From the NCBI GenBank assembly GCA_036158955.1, contig JAYYFI010000016.1, positions 13,569 to 77,568 of the forward strand: a stretch of 64,000 nucleotides of DNA, written 5' to 3'. This DNA comes from Pseudomonadota bacterium. GTDB lineage: Bacteria; Pseudomonadota; Gammaproteobacteria; Ga0077536. Below the pieces are notes generated by a model that searched no databases, was not told where the DNA came from, and was given only the letters and a program-made list of their open reading frames with translations. Shown piece after piece: positions 50,902 through 61,922 of the stretch (positions are counted from its first letter, which is position 1; each line of letters opens with the position of its first letter). The position numbers were made by a program, and so were the translations under genes.

Positions 50902-52610
50902 AAATTTTATTTTTTCTAGCCTTTCTATTTTTTTCTCAGGTTTGCTTAGCCCAATCTATTTTTGAGAATCAAAAGCCGAATTTTTTACCAGTTGATGAAG
51001 CATTTAAATTGCAACCCCCTATCCTCAAGAACGAAACTATAATAGTCAGCTGGCTAATTGAACCAGGTTATTATCTTTACCGAGATAAGTTTGGGTTCGA
51101 ATTTAATGATCAGAATATTACGATTCAATCGGTTCAAACTCCATCTAGCCAAACTATTGAGGATCCCCAATTCGGTTTGGTGGAAATATATAAAGACAGT
51201 GTTACTGTTTTATTAGAAATAAAACAACGGTCAAAATATGAAGAAGTGGAATTAGAAATATCTTATCAGGGCTGTGCTATGAAAGGGCTTTGCTATCCAC
51301 CACAAAAGAGAAATTTACTAGTGTCTAGACCTGGTCAAGGAATCTCCGAAACTGCTTTGTTCGGAGACAAAAATATTTTCGTCTTATCTGGAACTTTTTT
51401 TCTGTTCGGAATGCTGCTGGCTTTTACTCCATGTGTGCTTCCTATGGTGCCAATTTTGTCAGCTGTAATTATCGGCCTGAAAGATGGCACTAATTATAAC
51501 TCTTTGTTATTGGCTACGCTTTATGTTGTTTCAATGGCGCTCACTTATGCAGCATTCGGAGCATTGGTCGCTAGTGTAGGAGATGGTGTTCAAACAATTG
51601 TGAGACAAGATTATATTATAGTATTTTTGGTTTTTTTCTTTGTTTTTATGGCAATACTTACAGCATTTAATTTTAGTTTTTCTTTTATTAATAAGATAAA
51701 TTCCCGATTTATAGAATTATCCAATGTAAAATCTTTTGGACCGCTTGCTACCGCTTCGATTATGGGAAGTGTCTCAGCGTTTATTGCGACTCCTTGTGTG
51801 ACTCCTCCTCTTGCAGCTGCTCTTGGGTATATACTTCAGGCTAATTCTATAATATTAGGATTTACAACATTGTTTTTTTTAGGCCTTGGAATGGGCGCTC
51901 CTTTAATCGTATTTGGAAGTTCTTTTAATTACCTGATTCCTAAATCTGGTAAATGGATGCTTGAAATCAAAAATTTGCTTGCTTTTGCTTTGCTTGGAAC
52001 AGCTGTATGGTTTTTGGAAAGGATTTTAGAAAATTCTATAACATTTACGATTTGGACAGTTTATACATTAAGCACATTTATTTTTTTCATAGTTCGTTTT
52101 ATAAAGCTTAGACGAGAGAAGGCAAGTCAGATCGTATCTCTTATTTCGATTATTGCTCTTTCATTTAATTATGGAATTATTTTGATGAATTCAAACTATT
52201 TTCCTTCATTTCAGACAGAGGTTAGCGATAATTCATTTGCCGGCAACTGGGTTGACCAAACCGGTTATGAAAGTCTTATAAACCATATTAAGGATATTAA
52301 GGTGAATCAGAAAAACTATGATGCTGCCATAGTAAAATTTTATGCTGACTGGTGTATCGAATGTAAGCATGTCGAAAAAAATATCTTGACTGACAGAGAG
52401 GTGATTGAAAGATTGAATCAATTTATTTTGATAAATATAGATGTTACAGAAATGACTAACGAGCAAAATGATTTATTGAAAAAATTCCAACTCTATGGCC
52501 CCCCGGCCTTTGTTATATTAGACTCAAATGAGTTTACTATTATGAAAAAGTCTGTTGGATCTATTGACAAAAAATCAATGCTTGAATTTCTTAGCCTTGA
52601 CGCACTATAA
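50889..52610 (+). CDS. dsbD: Thiol:disulfide interchange protein DsbD
   Basis: YQGCA..GLCYPP, FTPCVLPM, TPCVTPPL, YADWCIEC. Confidence 0.95.
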   Translation: MPRLKILFFLAFLFFSQVCLAQSIFENQKPNFLPVDEAFKLQPPILKNETIIVSWLIEPGYYLYRDKFGFEFNDQNITIQSVQTPSSQTIEDPQFGLVEIYKDSVTVLLEIKQRSKYEEVELEISYQGCAMKGLCYPPQKRNLLVSRPGQGISETALFGDKNIFVLSGTFFLFGMLLAFTPCVLPMVPILSAVIIGLKDGTNYNSLLLATLYVVSMALTYAAFGALVASVGDGVQTIVRQDYIIVFLVFFFVFMAILTAFNFSFSFINKINSRFIELSNVKSFGPLATASIMGSVSAFIATPCVTPPLAAALGYILQANSIILGFTTLFFLGLGMGAPLIVFGSSFNYLIPKSGKWMLEIKNLLAFALLGTAVWFLERILENSITFTIWTVYTLSTFIFFIVRFIKLRREKASQIVSLISIIALSFNYGIILMNSNYFPSFQTEVSDNSFAGNWVDQTGYESLINHIKDIKVNQKNYDAAIVKFYADWCIECKHVEKNILTDREVIERLNQFILINIDVTEMTNEQNDLLKKFQLYGPPAFVILDSNEFTIMKKSVGSIDKKSMLEFLSLDAL

Positions 52611-52641
52611 ATGTTTTCGGCTAAAATACGGAGAAACTAAA

Positions 52642-53199
52642 ATGAGTAAAAAGTCACTCGCCACGATTATAGGGCTTTCACTTACTTTAGGCTACTTCTT
52701 TGGAGAGTTGAAAAGAATTGAGAGGGTAGAACAAGTTTCGAGAGTGGATAAACCATTGTCTTCTAAAAACTTACTTGAGCAAAAATTTACAACAGTTGGT
52801 ATGGTAGAATCGGGACTACCGCTCCAGAACAATGATGTCAATGTGATAAATTTCTGGGCAACTTGGTGCCCTCCATGTAAAAAAGAAATACCAATATTTA
52901 ATAAAAAATTTGCGACAGATTTTGAAAAAGGAGTTGGAATAATAGGGATCGCTCTGGATGAAGAGGATCACATAAAAGATTTCATTACAACTCAGCCAAT
53001 TCACTACCCTCATTTTTTTGGGCAACAAAACGTTAGCGAGCTGATGAGTTATTACGGCAACTCAATGGGCGTCTTGCCATTTACGGTTTTTACCAACAGT
53101 GATGGACAATACTTAAGTAGTGTTGTTGGAGAGGTTTCGTATGAAAGTCTTTCAAATGCTATTTTAGAAGCGCAAAAATTGATTGAAAAGAGTCAATAA
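52642..53199 (+). CDS. TlpA-family disulfide reductase
   Basis: INFWATWCPPCKKEIP, LPFT; GGAG RBS before ATG 52642. Confidence 0.9.
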   Translation: MSKKSLATIIGLSLTLGYFFGELKRIERVEQVSRVDKPLSSKNLLEQKFTTVGMVESGLPLQNNDVNVINFWATWCPPCKKEIPIFNKKFATDFEKGVGIIGIALDEEDHIKDFITTQPIHYPHFFGQQNVSELMSYYGNSMGVLPFTVFTNSDGQYLSSVVGEVSYESLSNAILEAQKLIEKSQ

Positions 53200-53322
53200 G
53201 TAACAAAATGAAGCGATATCCCCTTAAAATAATGAAATTTTCCTTTTTGATGGTTAATTTTGCATATTAAATAACCTTAAATAGTACCTAAATTTCATAA
53301 AAAGTGACGAAAACTGGTTAAA

Positions 53323-53351
53323 AGCTGATAAATTCTTTATTTTTATCAGCT
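53323..53351. promoter_or_regulatory. Perfect 10-bp inverted repeat, candidate operator upstream of aroQ-accBC
   Basis: AGCTGATAAA-N9-TTTATCAGCT, just upstream of an extended -10-like TGGTATGTT (53356-53364). Confidence 0.45.
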
Positions 53352-53390
53352 AATTTGGTATGTTCTCCAATCAGGTTTTGGAGAGACTAA

Positions 53391-53837
53391 TTGAGAAAAA
53401 TTACTTTACTGAATGGGCCTAATCTGAATTTGTTAGGCTTAAGAGAGCCAGATAGATATGGTGTCGGCACTCTAGCTGAAATCGTAGCTGAGTGCTCAGC
53501 GTTTTCTAGCGATAACGGTTTTGACTTGAATTCCTTTCAATCCAATTCGGAGGCTGATCTGATAAATCGTATTCATTCGGCAATTGATGACAAAATCGAA
53601 GGTATATTAATTAATCCGGGAGCCTACGGCCACACAAGCATTGGAATCAGAGACGCTTTTTTGGCTGCTGGTGTACCCTTTGTAGAGGTACACATCACAA
53701 ATATATTTGCCAGAGAAGAATTTCGGCATAAGACACTTTTGTCAGATATTGCTGTCGGGGTAATCTCTGGATTTGGGACATTTTCATATGTGTTAGGGTT
53801 GCAGGCTTTGTTTGATCATATAAAAAAATCAGATTAG
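53391..53837 (+). CDS. aroQ: Type II 3-dehydroquinate dehydratase
   Basis: [41 protein letters not shown]. Confidence 0.97.
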   Translation: MRKITLLNGPNLNLLGLREPDRYGVGTLAEIVAECSAFSSDNGFDLNSFQSNSEADLINRIHSAIDDKIEGILINPGAYGHTSIGIRDAFLAAGVPFVEVHITNIFAREEFRHKTLLSDIAVGVISGFGTFSYVLGLQALFDHIKKSD

Positions 53838-53853
53838 AAATCAGGAGAATACT

Positions 53854-54300
53854 TTGGACATTAGAAAAGTTAAGAAATTAATAGAATTGATAGAGGAGTC
53901 AGGAGTATCCGAGATTGAGATAAAAGAAGGCGAGGAATCGGTTAGAGTCACTAGAGATAGCTTGCCGCGTACAAACCCTGAGCCAATGGGTTCCACCCAA
54001 TCAGTTGTAGTTGATAAAGTTCTAGACTCCGTTCCTGAGAAAAATTCAGTAGATAGCGCCGAGGATGGAAACATAGTTAAATCACCTATGGTTGGTACAT
54101 TTTATGCTGCCCCTTCTCCTGAAGCACTTCCTTTTGTAAAAATTGGACAAATCATTAAAGAAGGCGATCCTCTTTGTATCATCGAAGCTATGAAAACTAT
54201 GAATCCTATCGAAGCGGAGTTTTCAGGTAAAATCAAAGCCATCTTGGTAGATAATGGTTCTCCCGTTGAGTTTAACCAGTCTTTGTTTGTTATTGATTAG
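53854..54300 (+). CDS. accB: Acetyl-CoA carboxylase biotin carboxyl carrier protein
   Basis: [19 protein letters not shown], biotinylation site EAMK. Confidence 0.97.
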   Translation: MDIRKVKKLIELIEESGVSEIEIKEGEESVRVTRDSLPRTNPEPMGSTQSVVVDKVLDSVPEKNSVDSAEDGNIVKSPMVGTFYAAPSPEALPFVKIGQIIKEGDPLCIIEAMKTMNPIEAEFSGKIKAILVDNGSPVEFNQSLFVID

Positions 54301-54306
54301 CTGTTT

Positions 54307-55653
54307 ATGTTTTCAAAAATTTTGATAGCAAACAGAGGTGAAATTGCTTTAAGAATTCTCAGGGCATGCAGAGATCTGGGCGTAAAAACAGTGGCTATCC
54401 ATTCGGAGGCTGATCGGGAACTTATGCATGTTAAGTTAGCCGATGAATCAATTTGTATTGGTCCTCCGGCTCCTCAAGATAGTTATTTAAATATTCCAGC
54501 CATTATTGCAGCTGCCGAGGTAGTAGATGCAGTGGCCATACACCCTGGTTATGGATTTCTTTCTGAAAATGCTGAATTCGCTGAAAAAGTTTTAAAAAGT
54601 GGGTTTGTGTTCATAGGTCCTCCGCCGGAAGTTATTAAAGTCATGGGGGATAAGCTATCTGCGATTGCTAGAATGCGCGAAGAAGGAATCCCATGCCTGC
54701 CAAGCTCTGCCAAACCACTTGGCTTGGATCATAATGAATCTCGAGAATTAGCAAAAAAAATCGGATATCCAGTGATACTAAAAGCTGCCGGTGGTGGAGG
54801 AGGTAGAGGGATGAGAGTTGTTCAGACCGAAGGATCTTTAAAAAGTTCAATTAGTTTGACTCAGCAGGAAGCAGCGGGAGCCTTTAATGATGACAGAATT
54901 TACATGGAGAAATTTTTGCAGAATCCCAGACACATTGAATTTCAAATATTGACCGATACTCATGGAAACGGGATTCATTTAGGAGAGAGAGATTGCTCAC
55001 TACAAAGGCGTCATCAAAAAGTAATTGAGGAATGTCCGGCATCAGATATATCGGCTAAAGTGAGAGAAAAAATTGGAGGAATGTGTGTTAATGCGGCGAT
55101 TAATATGGGTTACACAGGTCTTGGTACATTTGAGTTTTTGTATGAAGGAGGAGAGTTTTTTTTCATTGAAATGAACACGAGGGTACAAGTAGAGCATCCT
55201 GTCACGGAACTTGTTACGGGTATAGATTTGGTTAAGGAACAATTAAAAGTAGCCGCGGGAGAGAAGTTAACAATTAAGCAGAAGGATGTTGCATTTAAAG
55301 GTCATGCGGTTGAGTGCAGGATCAACGCGGAAGATTCAAAAACATTCAGGCCCTCCCCTGGGAAAATTACGCACTATCACGCCGCAGCGGGTCCAGGTAT
55401 AAGAGTTGATTCTCACATTTATAATGGTTACGACGTGCCACCTTACTATGATTCACTTATCGGTAAATTAATATGCCATGCTGAAACTAGACATGAAGCT
55501 ATCAGAAGAACAGAAAATGCATTGGCAGAATTCGTGGTTGAGGGAATACATACTAATATAAATATGCTTTCTGAATTGGTTGGTGATGCTAACTTTATTT
55601 CTGGTAAACATGACATTAATTATTTAGAAAGTAAAATTAAAAAGATTAATTAA
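54307..55653 (+). CDS. accC: Biotin carboxylase
   Basis: [44 protein letters not shown]. Confidence 0.97.
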   Translation: MFSKILIANRGEIALRILRACRDLGVKTVAIHSEADRELMHVKLADESICIGPPAPQDSYLNIPAIIAAAEVVDAVAIHPGYGFLSENAEFAEKVLKSGFVFIGPPPEVIKVMGDKLSAIARMREEGIPCLPSSAKPLGLDHNESRELAKKIGYPVILKAAGGGGGRGMRVVQTEGSLKSSISLTQQEAAGAFNDDRIYMEKFLQNPRHIEFQILTDTHGNGIHLGERDCSLQRRHQKVIEECPASDISAKVREKIGGMCVNAAINMGYTGLGTFEFLYEGGEFFFIEMNTRVQVEHPVTELVTGIDLVKEQLKVAAGEKLTIKQKDVAFKGHAVECRINAEDSKTFRPSPGKITHYHAAAGPGIRVDSHIYNGYDVPPYYDSLIGKLICHAETRHEAIRRTENALAEFVVEGIHTNINMLSELVGDANFISGKHDINYLESKIKKIN

Positions 55654-55654
55654 T

Positions 55655-56503
55655 TTGTGGCAATTATCATTCAGAGTCGAGTCGCATCAAGCAAATATTT
55701 TAGATTATTTTTTAACTTCTATTAACGCTGAATCTATATCTTTTAGGCCCATTGAAGGAGCAGGGGAACTGCTCTCCGAGCTAACCCTGTTAACCGCGAT
55801 TTTCCCGGAATCAAGTTCTTTTTCGAACGTTGTGTCAGCCCTTCAACTCTTTGTCCCTAATCCTTTAATTATTAAATATAACAAACTGAAAGAGCAGGAC
55901 TGGCATCTTAAATGGAAAGCTGAGACCAAGCCAATATCTTTTAATTTTGGCCTAACGATTTGCCCAACATGGATTGAATCAGTGCCTAAGAGAGGTGTAA
56001 CAATAAGGCTTGATCCTGGCCAAGCTTTTGGCACCGGTTCTCACGAAACTACCCGCTTGTGTTTGGCAAATATTTTTAGTTTAAAAAAAGTTAAAAAAAA
56101 TGCTATGTTAGACCTTGGTTGCGGAACTGGTATTTTAGGGATTGCTGCACATTTGGCTGGTTTTGACAAGGTTTATGCTATCGACACAGATCCACTTGCC
56201 CTTGAGATAGCTATTAATAATGTAAAGACAAATAAAATCTCCCTTAAAAAGATTATAATATCTTCACCGAGAGAATTTGATAGCTGTTTTTTTGACTTAA
56301 TAGTAGCAAACATATCTTTAAACCCTTTGATTGAATGTAAGCTTAATTTTGCAAAGTGGATCAAACCAGATGGGCTAGTTTTAATGTCAGGAATTCTAGA
56401 TAGTCAGGTTTGCACCTTAGTAGAGAATTATGAATCTCACTTTAAATTAGTTTCAAAAAAAAGAATTAACGAATGGTATTCTGTAATTCTGACAAATAAA
56501 TAA
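55655..56503 (+). CDS. prmA: Ribosomal protein L11 methyltransferase
   Basis: LDPGQAFGTGSHETT.LC, LDLGCGTGILGI, VANI, SGIL. Confidence 0.94.
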   Translation: MWQLSFRVESHQANILDYFLTSINAESISFRPIEGAGELLSELTLLTAIFPESSSFSNVVSALQLFVPNPLIIKYNKLKEQDWHLKWKAETKPISFNFGLTICPTWIESVPKRGVTIRLDPGQAFGTGSHETTRLCLANIFSLKKVKKNAMLDLGCGTGILGIAAHLAGFDKVYAIDTDPLALEIAINNVKTNKISLKKIIISSPREFDSCFFDLIVANISLNPLIECKLNFAKWIKPDGLVLMSGILDSQVCTLVENYESHFKLVSKKRINEWYSVILTNK

Positions 56504-56509
56504 AATTAT

Positions 56510-57475
56510 ATGAGAATCGGCAAATTCGAAATAACGCAACCGATAATACTAGCCCCAATGTCTGGGGTTACTGATTCGCCGTTTAGAAAAATTTGCCAAT
56601 CTACCGGCGCTTCCTTTAGTCTTAGTGAAATGATTGCTGCAAGACCTAGTATGCGATCCAAATTATCAACAAACTTACGACTAGCTTCATTTGAAAGCGA
56701 TTCACCCCGTGTTATCCAACTATTAGGTTCAGAACCATCGGAGATGTCCTTTTTTGCATCTTATGCCCGTGATTTGGGAGCCGATATAATTGATATCAAT
56801 ATGGGTTGCCCGGCAAAAAAAGTTAGCAAAAAACATGCAGGCTCAGCTCTTATGGGTGATTCTTATAGGGCAACCAAAATTGTAGAGGCTGTTGTTTCAG
56901 CAGTCGATTGCCCCGTGACTGTGAAAATGCGCACTGGAATTACTAGGGCAAAAATGAATGCCGTTGCCCTTGCTCGGGAATTTGAAAAATGTGGGATTCA
57001 GGCGATTACGATACACGGTAGAACCAGAGACTGCTCTTATAAAATACCAGCCGAATATAACACGGTAAAAAAGGTAAAAGAGTCGGTTAACATTCCAGTT
57101 TTAGTGAATGGAGATATCACAGATGGTAAAGTAGCAACTTTGGCTATTAAGGAATCCGGCGCGGATGGAGTGATGATTGGAAGAGAGGCTTGTGGCAATC
57201 CCTGGGTTTTTTCTATGATAAGGGCTCACTTAGATGGCGTAGAATATTCTCCACCGGATCCCGTCGTTATACTGGATGTATTAGAGGGCTATGTCGATTC
57301 AATCTACACTCTCTATGGTTCAAATCGAGGATTTTTGATTGCACGCAAACATGTAAAATGGTTTTTGCAAAAAAGTGGGTTAGATCAATATGGCGAGCCC
57401 CGGGAATTTAACAAGCTTAAAGACGTTTTAGCTCAAAAAAGATTCTTAACGGAAATTAGGAAAAAAATAGTTTAG
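56510..57475 (+). CDS. dusB: tRNA dihydrouridine synthase B
   Basis: LAPMSGVTD.PFR, DINMGCPAKKV, IHGRTR, NGDI, GVMIGR; precedes fis. Confidence 0.94.
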   Translation: MRIGKFEITQPIILAPMSGVTDSPFRKICQSTGASFSLSEMIAARPSMRSKLSTNLRLASFESDSPRVIQLLGSEPSEMSFFASYARDLGADIIDINMGCPAKKVSKKHAGSALMGDSYRATKIVEAVVSAVDCPVTVKMRTGITRAKMNAVALAREFEKCGIQAITIHGRTRDCSYKIPAEYNTVKKVKESVNIPVLVNGDITDGKVATLAIKESGADGVMIGREACGNPWVFSMIRAHLDGVEYSPPDPVVILDVLEGYVDSIYTLYGSNRGFLIARKHVKWFLQKSGLDQYGEPREFNKLKDVLAQKRFLTEIRKKIV

Positions 57476-57480
57476 TAAAA

Positions 57481-57726
57481 ATGAGTAAGCAACTGGAACC
57501 GCTATTACATGAAATTGTAAGAAAAAGCGTAGAAAAATATCTGGGTGACCTTCAGGGAGAAAAACCCTCTAACCTTCATGGACTTACCTTGTCCCAAGTA
57601 GAAAAACCTCTTTTTGAGGTTGTGCTAGAGTATGCAAATGGCAATTTATCTAAGGCATCAAGCATTTTGGGAATCAATAGGGGGACTCTACGAGCAAAAT
57701 TGAAAAAATACAGGATAAAATATTGA
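57481..57726 (+). CDS. fis: Fis DNA-binding protein
   Basis: VEKPL..V.....GN.SKA..ILGINRGTLRAKLKKY. Confidence 0.93.
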   Translation: MSKQLEPLLHEIVRKSVEKYLGDLQGEKPSNLHGLTLSQVEKPLFEVVLEYANGNLSKASSILGINRGTLRAKLKKYRIKY

Positions 57727-59273
57727 AAAACGTTGAACTAAAACCTATGGCTTTGATCAGTGTATCTGATAAAACAGGAATCGTTGAACTGGCGTCTGAA
57801 TTGCATAAAGTCGGGATTAAAATTTTGTCAACAGGTGGCACCTTCAGGGTTCTCGCCTCTGCTGGTATTGATGTAATGGAGGTTTCGGATTACACACAAC
57901 AGCCTGAAATTATGAATGGTCGAGTGAAGACTTTACATCCTAAAATTCATGGAGGAATATTAGGCCGATTAAATTTTGATGAAGATACAATGAACAGTAG
58001 TAATATGAACCCCATCAACTTTGTGATTGTTAATCTGTATCCTTTTAAGGAAACTATTAGCAGAAATGATGTATCGTTTTCTGATGCTGTTGAAAACATT
58101 GATATCGGTGGACCAGCTATGCTTCGGTCTGCAGCTAAAAATTTTGAAAGAGTTACGTCCATATGTGACCCGAAAGATTATCCTATGATTATTGAAGAGC
58201 TTAAAGAAAAAAAAGAAATTTCAATCGCTACTCGTCTTAGATTATCTTCAAAGGTTTTTTCTCATACTTCAGAATATGATGCAATTATTGCAGACTATAT
58301 AAAAGCGCAAGCCAATGAAGATGTTTCTAAGGTCAAGACTATTAATTTGGTTGAAAAGAGTCGGTTACGCTACGGAGAAAACCCTCATCAAAAGGCGTGG
58401 TTGTATGATTTAGAAATAAATAAGTTGGCGAAGAGGAACCTTCGGCTTTTAACAGGAAAGGAGCTATCATATAACAACATGGTCGACGCAGATTCTGCCA
58501 TCGAGTGTGTTATGGAATTTGAGTCTCCAGCATGTTGTATTGTTAAGCATGCTAATCCGTGCGGTGTAGGTCAAGCCTTAGACCTTCAGAAAGCGTATGA
58601 TTTGGCGTTTGCTGGAGATAAAATTTCTGCGTTCGGTGGTGTTATCGCATTTAATAAAACTGTAACAAAGGAGTTAGTTCAGCAAATTGTTGACAATCAA
58701 TTTGTAGAAATAGTGATAGCTCCGGAATTTGAACCTGATAGTTTAAAAATTAGCAATTTAAATAAAAATATTCGTTTTCTAAAGGCCGAATTAAGCAAAA
58801 CTGTCTCCACCAAGAACTATGACTGGAAGACAGTTTCGAGTGGATTATTAGTACAAGAAAAAGATTTCGCCCAAGTAGAAAAATTTGAAGTTGTATCGAT
58901 TAAGAAACCTACTGATAATCAAAAAGAGAATTTGATGTTTGCTTGGAAAGTATCCTCCTACGTTAAGAGTAACGCTATCGTCTTAGTTTCAGGTCAACAA
59001 ACCATTGGGATTGGCGCGGGGCAAATGAGCCGGGTTGATAGTGTTAATTTAGCGATATCTAAAGCGAAACAAGCAGGTTTTAATTTGCAGGACATATGTA
59101 TGGCGTCTGATGGTTTTTTTCCTTTTAAAGATGGAGTAAATATAGCAGCTCAAAACGGAATTAGAGCGGTTATTCAGCCGGGGGGATCGATTAGGGACGA
59201 AGAAGTCATAACAGAAGCAAATGAAAATGGAATGGTAATGGTTTTCACTGGAGTGCGTCATTTTAGACATTAA
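57723..59273 (+). CDS. purH: AICAR transformylase/IMP cyclohydrolase
   Basis: ALISVSDKTG, GRVKTLHP, IDIGGP, RYGENPHQ, KHANPCG, RHFRH. Confidence 0.97.
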   Translation: MKNVELKPMALISVSDKTGIVELASELHKVGIKILSTGGTFRVLASAGIDVMEVSDYTQQPEIMNGRVKTLHPKIHGGILGRLNFDEDTMNSSNMNPINFVIVNLYPFKETISRNDVSFSDAVENIDIGGPAMLRSAAKNFERVTSICDPKDYPMIIEELKEKKEISIATRLRLSSKVFSHTSEYDAIIADYIKAQANEDVSKVKTINLVEKSRLRYGENPHQKAWLYDLEINKLAKRNLRLLTGKELSYNNMVDADSAIECVMEFESPACCIVKHANPCGVGQALDLQKAYDLAFAGDKISAFGGVIAFNKTVTKELVQQIVDNQFVEIVIAPEFEPDSLKISNLNKNIRFLKAELSKTVSTKNYDWKTVSSGLLVQEKDFAQVEKFEVVSIKKPTDNQKENLMFAWKVSSYVKSNAIVLVSGQQTIGIGAGQMSRVDSVNLAISKAKQAGFNLQDICMASDGFFPFKDGVNIAAQNGIRAVIQPGGSIRDEEVITEANENGMVMVFTGVRHFRH

Positions 59274-59294
59274 AAATGTGGAGTTCTTAAAGTT

Positions 59295-60578
59295 ATGAAT
59301 AAAGTGTTGATAATTGGTAAAGGCGGAAGAGAGCATGCCCTTGCATGGAAATTTGCCAGTTATAGCTCTGTCGGCCAAGTGTTCTGCGCACCAGGAAATC
59401 CAGGCATTGCAAATGAAAACAAGGTATCCACGATTTCTATAGAAGCTGACGACATAAATGAATTGGTTAAATTTGCAAAAAAAGAAGAAATTACGCTCAC
59501 AATTGTTGGTCCGGAGGCGCCCTTAGTAGAAGGAATTGTTGATAGGTTTAATGAGGTAGGACTTAGATGTTTTGGTCCAACTAAAGAAGCGGCAAAATTA
59601 GAGGGATCGAAAGTTTATGCAAAAGAGTTTTTTGAAAGACATGGAATTCCGTCTGCTAAATATGAAGTTTTCTCGGACTTTTATTCAGCAACAAATTTTT
59701 TAAAAACGCGTAATTTTCCGATGGTAATTAAAGTAGATGGATTAGCAGCGGGAAAAGGAGTCTCGATCGTAAAGAATTTTACTGAAGCTGTATCGATTTT
59801 AGATGATATTTTCCATAAAAAAGTATTTGGAACCGCTGGTTCAAAAATAATAATCGAGGAATTTATCCCAGGAGAGGAGCTAAGCTATATCTGCATGATT
59901 AATTCTAATCGACATTTGTCTTTTGCTTCGTCTCAAGATCATAAGGCAAGAGATGATGGTGGCAATGGGCCAAATACAGGTGGTATGGGCGCCTATTCCC
60001 CAGCTAATTTAATGGATAGTAAGCTTGAAGAAAGGATATTGAAAACTGTGATCGAACCAACGATCAAGGGAATTCAGAAAGATGGCCTTGAATATACGGG
60101 GTTTTTATATGCTGGATTAATGATTGATGAAAAAAATCAAATTAAAGTATTAGAATTTAATTGTAGGTTTGGAGATCCAGAAGCACAACCAGTCTTGATG
60201 CGATTGCAAAGCAATCTTTTTGATGCTTGTCTTGATTTGTTGGAAGATAAAAATGAACTTAAAGCATTAGAATTTGATCCGATGACTGCTATTACCGTAG
60301 TTTTAGCGGCTGATGGTTACCCAGGTAAATTTATTAAAGATATCGAAATCCCCGAAAGTGTAGGCGAAATAGATTTTGAAGATAATGGGGTCAAAATTTT
60401 TCATGCGGGAACATATATGAGAAATAATAAAGTTTTATCTGGAGGCGGCAGAGTCTTAAATGTTTCCAGCCTATCAGAAAATCTCTCAACTGCACGTTCA
60501 TCTGTATATGAAAAAATTGGAAAGCTACAAATCAAAAATTTGTTTTTTAGAAAAGATATTGGACAAAAGGGATTGTGA
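59295..60578 (+). CDS. purD: Phosphoribosylamine-glycine ligase
   Basis: GGREHAL, GPEAPL, LEGSK, GLAAGKGV, GPNTGGMGAY, EFNCRFGDPE. Confidence 0.97.
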   Translation: MNKVLIIGKGGREHALAWKFASYSSVGQVFCAPGNPGIANENKVSTISIEADDINELVKFAKKEEITLTIVGPEAPLVEGIVDRFNEVGLRCFGPTKEAAKLEGSKVYAKEFFERHGIPSAKYEVFSDFYSATNFLKTRNFPMVIKVDGLAAGKGVSIVKNFTEAVSILDDIFHKKVFGTAGSKIIIEEFIPGEELSYICMINSNRHLSFASSQDHKARDDGGNGPNTGGMGAYSPANLMDSKLEERILKTVIEPTIKGIQKDGLEYTGFLYAGLMIDEKNQIKVLEFNCRFGDPEAQPVLMRLQSNLFDACLDLLEDKNELKALEFDPMTAITVVLAADGYPGKFIKDIEIPESVGEIDFEDNGVKIFHAGTYMRNNKVLSGGGRVLNVSSLSENLSTARSSVYEKIGKLQIKNLFFRKDIGQKGL

Positions 60579-60606
60579 AGGGGACGGCCCAGAAAAAAAT
60601 TTTTGA

Positions 60607-61245
60607 CTACCACTTCAAAAAATTCTCTAAGAGAATTAGACCGGCCTCGGCGCTTTTTTCAGGATGAAATTGGGTAGCAAAAACCCACTCTTTTTGTAGA
60701 ATAGATGTAAAGTTTCCAAGATAATTTGTCTTTCCGAGGATCCATTTCTGATCAGTGGGTTCAACGAAAAAACTATGCACGAAGTAAAAATAGGTGTCAT
60801 TATCTAAGCCGTTTAGTAAAGGATGGTTTCGAGCAAAGTTTACTTTGTTCCAGCCCATGTGTGGAACTTTGAATTTCTCCGTTTTGGTTGGTTTTGCCTT
60901 TTCGCGATTAAAACGTTTGACTCTGCCATTGATTAAGCCTAAGCAATTTACTCCGCCCCCTTCTTCACTGAACTCCATCAGAGATTGTAATCCCAGGCAA
61001 ATACCGAAAAAAGGTCTGGTTTTAGCTAAATCAGCGATTGTTTGGTCAAGTTTTTTCTCTTTAAGGTTTTTCATGCAATCGTTAATAGCCCCTTGCCCAG
61101 GAAATACAATTTTATCTGAACTTAAGACTTCTGCTCTATCATTTGTAATTTTGATGTCGTAGGCAGAACTTGAAACGAATTTAAGGGCTTTATAAACGCT
61201 AAGTAGATTTCCACTACCATAGTCGATAATTGATATTTTTATCAA
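60607..61245 (-). CDS. hisH: Imidazole glycerol phosphate synthase glutaminase subunit
   Basis: DYGSGNL.SV, PGQG, GICLGLQ, PHMGWN, YFVHS, QFHPEKS. Confidence 0.96.
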   Translation of the reverse strand: MIKISIIDYGSGNLLSVYKALKFVSSSAYDIKITNDRAEVLSSDKIVFPGQGAINDCMKNLKEKKLDQTIADLAKTRPFFGICLGLQSLMEFSEEGGGVNCLGLINGRVKRFNREKAKPTKTEKFKVPHMGWNKVNFARNHPLLNGLDNDTYFYFVHSFFVEPTDQKWILGKTNYLGNFTSILQKEWVFATQFHPEKSAEAGLILLENFLKW

Positions 61246-61833
61246 CTATAAAATACCTTTCGTTGAGGGAGTTATGGGTTTTAGCTTTGAATCAATAGCT
61301 ACGGCCATTCTTAACGCTCGACCGAAGCTCTTGAATATTGTCTCTATAATGTGATGAGTATTCTTCCCTCTTAAATTATCAATATGTAATGTGCAGTTTG
61401 CGTGATTGACAAATCCTTGAAAAAACTCATAGAAAAGTTCGACATCAAAATCTCCAACATAGCTTCTTGGAAAGTTTACATTAAATTCTAAACCGGGCCG
61501 GCCAGAAAAATCTATAACTACTCTGGATAGAGATTCATCGAGTGGAACATAGGAGTTGCCAAATCTGGTAATCTGGATTTTGTCACCCAGGGCAGAATTT
61601 ACTGCTTGTCCCAAGGTTATCCCTATGTCTTCGACTGTATGATGAGCATCAATTTCCAAGTCACCCTCGGCTATGACTTTCAAATCAAAATTACCGTGTC
61701 TTGCAACCTGGTCTAACATATGTTCAAGAAACGGTAGGTTAGTCTTTAATTCGGAAGTGCCTGAGCCGTCCAAATTTATATAGACGTCTATTTTTGTCTC
61801 ATTTGTCTGTCGTTTAATGTCGGCTTTCCGCAT
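61246..61833 (-). CDS. hisB: Imidazoleglycerol-phosphate dehydratase (monofunctional)
   Basis: [32 protein letters not shown]. Confidence 0.96.
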   Translation of the reverse strand: MRKADIKRQTNETKIDVYINLDGSGTSELKTNLPFLEHMLDQVARHGNFDLKVIAEGDLEIDAHHTVEDIGITLGQAVNSALGDKIQITRFGNSYVPLDESLSRVVIDFSGRPGLEFNVNFPRSYVGDFDVELFYEFFQGFVNHANCTLHIDNLRGKNTHHIIETIFKSFGRALRMAVAIDSKLKPITPSTKGIL

Positions 61834-61922
61834 TGTTTCTTACCTGCATTAAGTTTCTTCGAGTATTTAGCATTATAATATTCTATTATACTAAAACCTT
61901 AAACAAATAGCCTAAAAAAGTT

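Noticed and set aside
60579-60606. Possible bidirectional terminator between purD and hisH
   Set aside because: There is only a 3-bp GGG/CCC stem plus A/T runs, which is too weak to call.
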